A stretch of DNA of 64,000 nucleotides from Bilabrum cf. latius (Eukaryota): contig OZ237768.1 of the NCBI GenBank assembly GCA_965178125.1, forward strand, positions 186,001 through 250,000, read 5' to 3'. This document shows positions 61,521-64,000 of the stretch, piece by piece. The notes beneath the pieces are model-generated. The model made no database searches, was not told where the DNA came from, and was given only the letters and a program-made list of their open reading frames with translations. Made by a program: the position numbers and the translations under genes. The first letter of the stretch is position 1; each line of letters begins with the position of its first letter.

Positions 61521-63811
61521 TCAAGTATCCTCCACGATCTGTTCAGTGTCCGCCGCGCACGCCACGAGCCGGATGAATGCCACATGGTGGACTCCAAGCA
61601 TGTTTCGGATCATGCGCACGAAACGGGCCTGCCGCATCAGCCCGTCCCACCCACGCCCCTGCATTGCCAGCAGGAACAGTGGAGTCAGCGTCATTACAGA
61701 TGGCGTGTGTTTGTTGTCTCCACCAGTCGCTGCAGTTGCCTACCAGGCAAGTTTGCCAGCCTGCTGGTGACCATGGATTATACTGCTTGTGGCACCACTT
61801 GCAGAAGCTGTCGCAGGCCCCGAGACGGTCGATCTCAACCTTGCCCCGATGTCCGGCAGGAATACCTCGGCTGGTTGCAGCGATGACTCGGAGTGTATCT
61901 CAGGTCTGCCAGTTCCAGTGCTGGCAGCTGCTGCAGTCAGCAAGTACTCGCCTTTGGTGCATCTTGCGGCCGTATCACCCGACGTTGCACTATGCTTGTC
62001 GTGCGCACCTCCACTGGCAGGTGCAACAGCGGCAACTGATCCAGACCTGGAGTGCCCTGCCTGCTGGGCATAGCGCTGTGGCTTCACCGCTGTGGCTGCA
62101 GTCCACTTCGTCGATGGCCTCCGAGTCATCAATGTGGCCTCCTCGCCGCCTAGAGCACCTACCCTTTGCTGTGGGGCAATATCGTCACTCGATTTTTCCT
62201 AGGGACCTGCGATGGTCAGCGGTGCAGCGCCGTTTGCTGGCCTGACAGCTGGGCATGATCTCGAGTGCCGCGATGCCTCCGGCCCCATGCGCAATGCACC
62301 TTGGTGCACGGCCGAGCCCTCCAACTCGGCGAACCCTGACAGCTTGCTCTCACTGCGGCTGCCCTTCGCGTGCAGATCGGCCTACTGGTTCGAGTAGCTG
62401 CTGCCAGCAGTTGCGGTTGCAACGAGGCCACAGCCCGCCAGGCCAGGGTCATCCCTGCGGTTCGCACTGCACGCATACCTGCAGCGCCGTCCATTGCTGA
62501 CCAATTTCTTGAAGTGGAACATATCACTAAACATTGCACTGGGCAGTCGCACGGCCGGGACAGGTCCCATCGACGCCAATGAAAAACGACTTGAATTCTT
62601 CGATACAGCGGACCTTGGCATGCTCGGACTGTGCGGAGGTGGGCCACCCTCGCTGCCAGCTTGTTCGATATTAGAAGCACTCATCCGTGCAGACACGGCG
62701 CCCACACTATTTGCATCGCCTGAAATTGACCCATGATGCTCGTCTGTCTCTGCTGCTGCCGGTGCAAGCGGAGGCTTGCCGATATGGCCTTTGAGAGGTT
62801 GTGAAGTCGATCGCTTGGGGGCAGTCAAATCCTTCCTGTACCAGCTGAGCCTAGCCATGGCTCTCTCGTTGATTTCCTTTCCCTGGTCTACGCTCCATGA
62901 CTTCTTCAGGCATGACTTGAGCACTGGATGCTCGCCGCTTGTGATTCGCAGGGGTGATGCTCGGCTGATGTTTGCGAGACCGGCCGCCGGCGAGGCAGCT
63001 GGACTAACCGAACCGCTGTCCAAGGCAACAGAGCGCAGTGAAATGCGGTCCGAGCTATCGCTGTGTTCATTATCAGCATCAAAACCACCGACCACGCGCC
63101 TTTCTATAATGTATGACTCGGTAGGCAGCTTGATGCAGCGCATAAGTCGGGCCTCAGCCTCTCGGTCGATCGATGCTGGGGACGGCACGCCTGTGCTCTA
63201 CGTCCAGAGGCGCAGCTTCCGAGGGACCACCATCCCAGGCACATCTGCACGAGCAGCCATGCACCGTATTCCATCGGCGGGACCCAACATGTCCTTGGCG
63301 CACGGTGCTCCTTCTGCAAATATCGTACGGAGCGCGCGAAACCATGCCTGCACAGCGCAGGCCTCATCGCGACCGGTCGCAAAGAACGGATTCTATCGGT
63401 CGCTCTTATACGCAGCTATCATCCAGACGGTTACAGCGCACTCCGTTTCAGCCACGTGGACATTTCCGGAGGCCCGGCGTCTCTCCTTGACGCCATCAGC
63501 TGAACGCGAACAAGCAGCAGTTGATGATGCTTTCAGCGCAGCACCTGCCGCCTGATCATTCGCTGAAGCACTTAAAGGCTACGAGAATGTACTATTATTG
63601 TTTGGAGGCGCTTCCGGAGGCCTCCCATCGCTATATCTTTCGTGGATCTGCACAAGTCGGTGGGAACAGTCGGGCAGATTGGCCAATTCCACATCTAATC
63701 GTTGTGTTGCTACCACTAAACCACACTTAATTTGATATGCGGGTATTTATCTTTGTTTACTTGCGCCGGAAAACTCACTGAGGCTGTTGAACTAGAAACT
63801 CCGCACCCCAT
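61521..63811 (-). CDS. Hypothetical protein, ~719 aa, with N-terminal MGCGVS myristoylation/palmitoylation motif; exons 63811-63779 and 63647-61521
   Basis: 33-nt first exon MGCGVSSSTAS, then a GTGAGT donor and TTGTGCAG acceptor. The 131-nt intron contains the only in-frame TAA. It has 6 TAGs (63581, 63395, 63200, 62384, 62201, 61742) and ends in TGA. Confidence 0.7.
63648..63778 (-). other. Spliceosomal intron, 131 nt
   Basis: GTGAGT...GACTTGTGCAG, AT-rich, phase 0. Confidence 0.7.
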
Positions 63812-64000
63812 TGCTGTGGCGCGAGCAGATTAGATTTGGCAGACAGATCGTGTCGGGATCTGTGTCACAGTGGGTTCACGCCACCCAATGCCACTACAAT
63901 TGGCTGGCCAATAGCTTCAAGAATCCTGATGAGATTGGCTCGTGCCCAAGACCTGTCCCTGCAGGCGCTGTGCCTTTCGAATGGGTACGCGGAGTCTCCG

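Noticed and set aside
1-64000. Regional pseudogenisation or C-to-T hypermutation as the source of the stops
   Set aside because: Decay would also create TGA (from CGA/TGG), TAA and frameshifts. None occur in ~20,000 codons, and the catalytic motifs are intact.
1-64000. Ciliate-type code (table 6, UAA and UAG = Gln)
   Set aside because: There are no exonic in-frame TAA against about 85 TAG despite regular CAA use, and one TAA aligns with a paralogue's TGA stop. This is not formally excluded until checked genome-wide.
1-64000. Recoded phage or prokaryotic DNA (code 15 is known in some phages)
   Set aside because: The genes are eukaryote-specific (Raptor, PI4KA, RELCH, RPF1) and carry spliceosomal introns.

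Overview
This is a gene-dense, GC-rich eukaryotic nuclear segment with short GT-AG introns. It most likely comes from a stramenopile flagellate, because it carries a Sig1/Ocm1-type tubular-mastigoneme EGF gene. The standard-code ORF track looks shattered, but the fragments line up in single reading frames interrupted only by TAG. Reading TAG as sense gives 13 coherent gene models (~20,000 codons). By manual count they contain about 85 in-frame TAG and no exonic in-frame TAA or TGA; 12 end in TGA and 1 in TAA. TAG occupies the conserved Gln of the PI4-kinase motif DDCRQDxLAxQ and alternates with CAG in coding repeats. The window therefore supports a nuclear genetic code with UAG=Gln while UAA and UGA remain stops (UAA/UAG decoupled, equivalent to NCBI table 15). 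The genes are: PI4-kinase IIIalpha/Stt4 (5'-truncated), an orphan gene with a duplicated pseudogene copy, an SLC5/SSF symporter, a UBL+RRM (BPA1/Vip1-like) protein, a large hypothetical, the mastigoneme protein, a PAM2-like low-complexity protein, a ~7,325-aa Raptor/Kog1, ALG14, RPF1, a small hypothetical, RELCH/KIAA1468 and an MGCG-acylation-motif protein. I saw no tRNA, rRNA, CRISPR array or recognisable transposon. All family assignments are from remembered motifs, not database searches.
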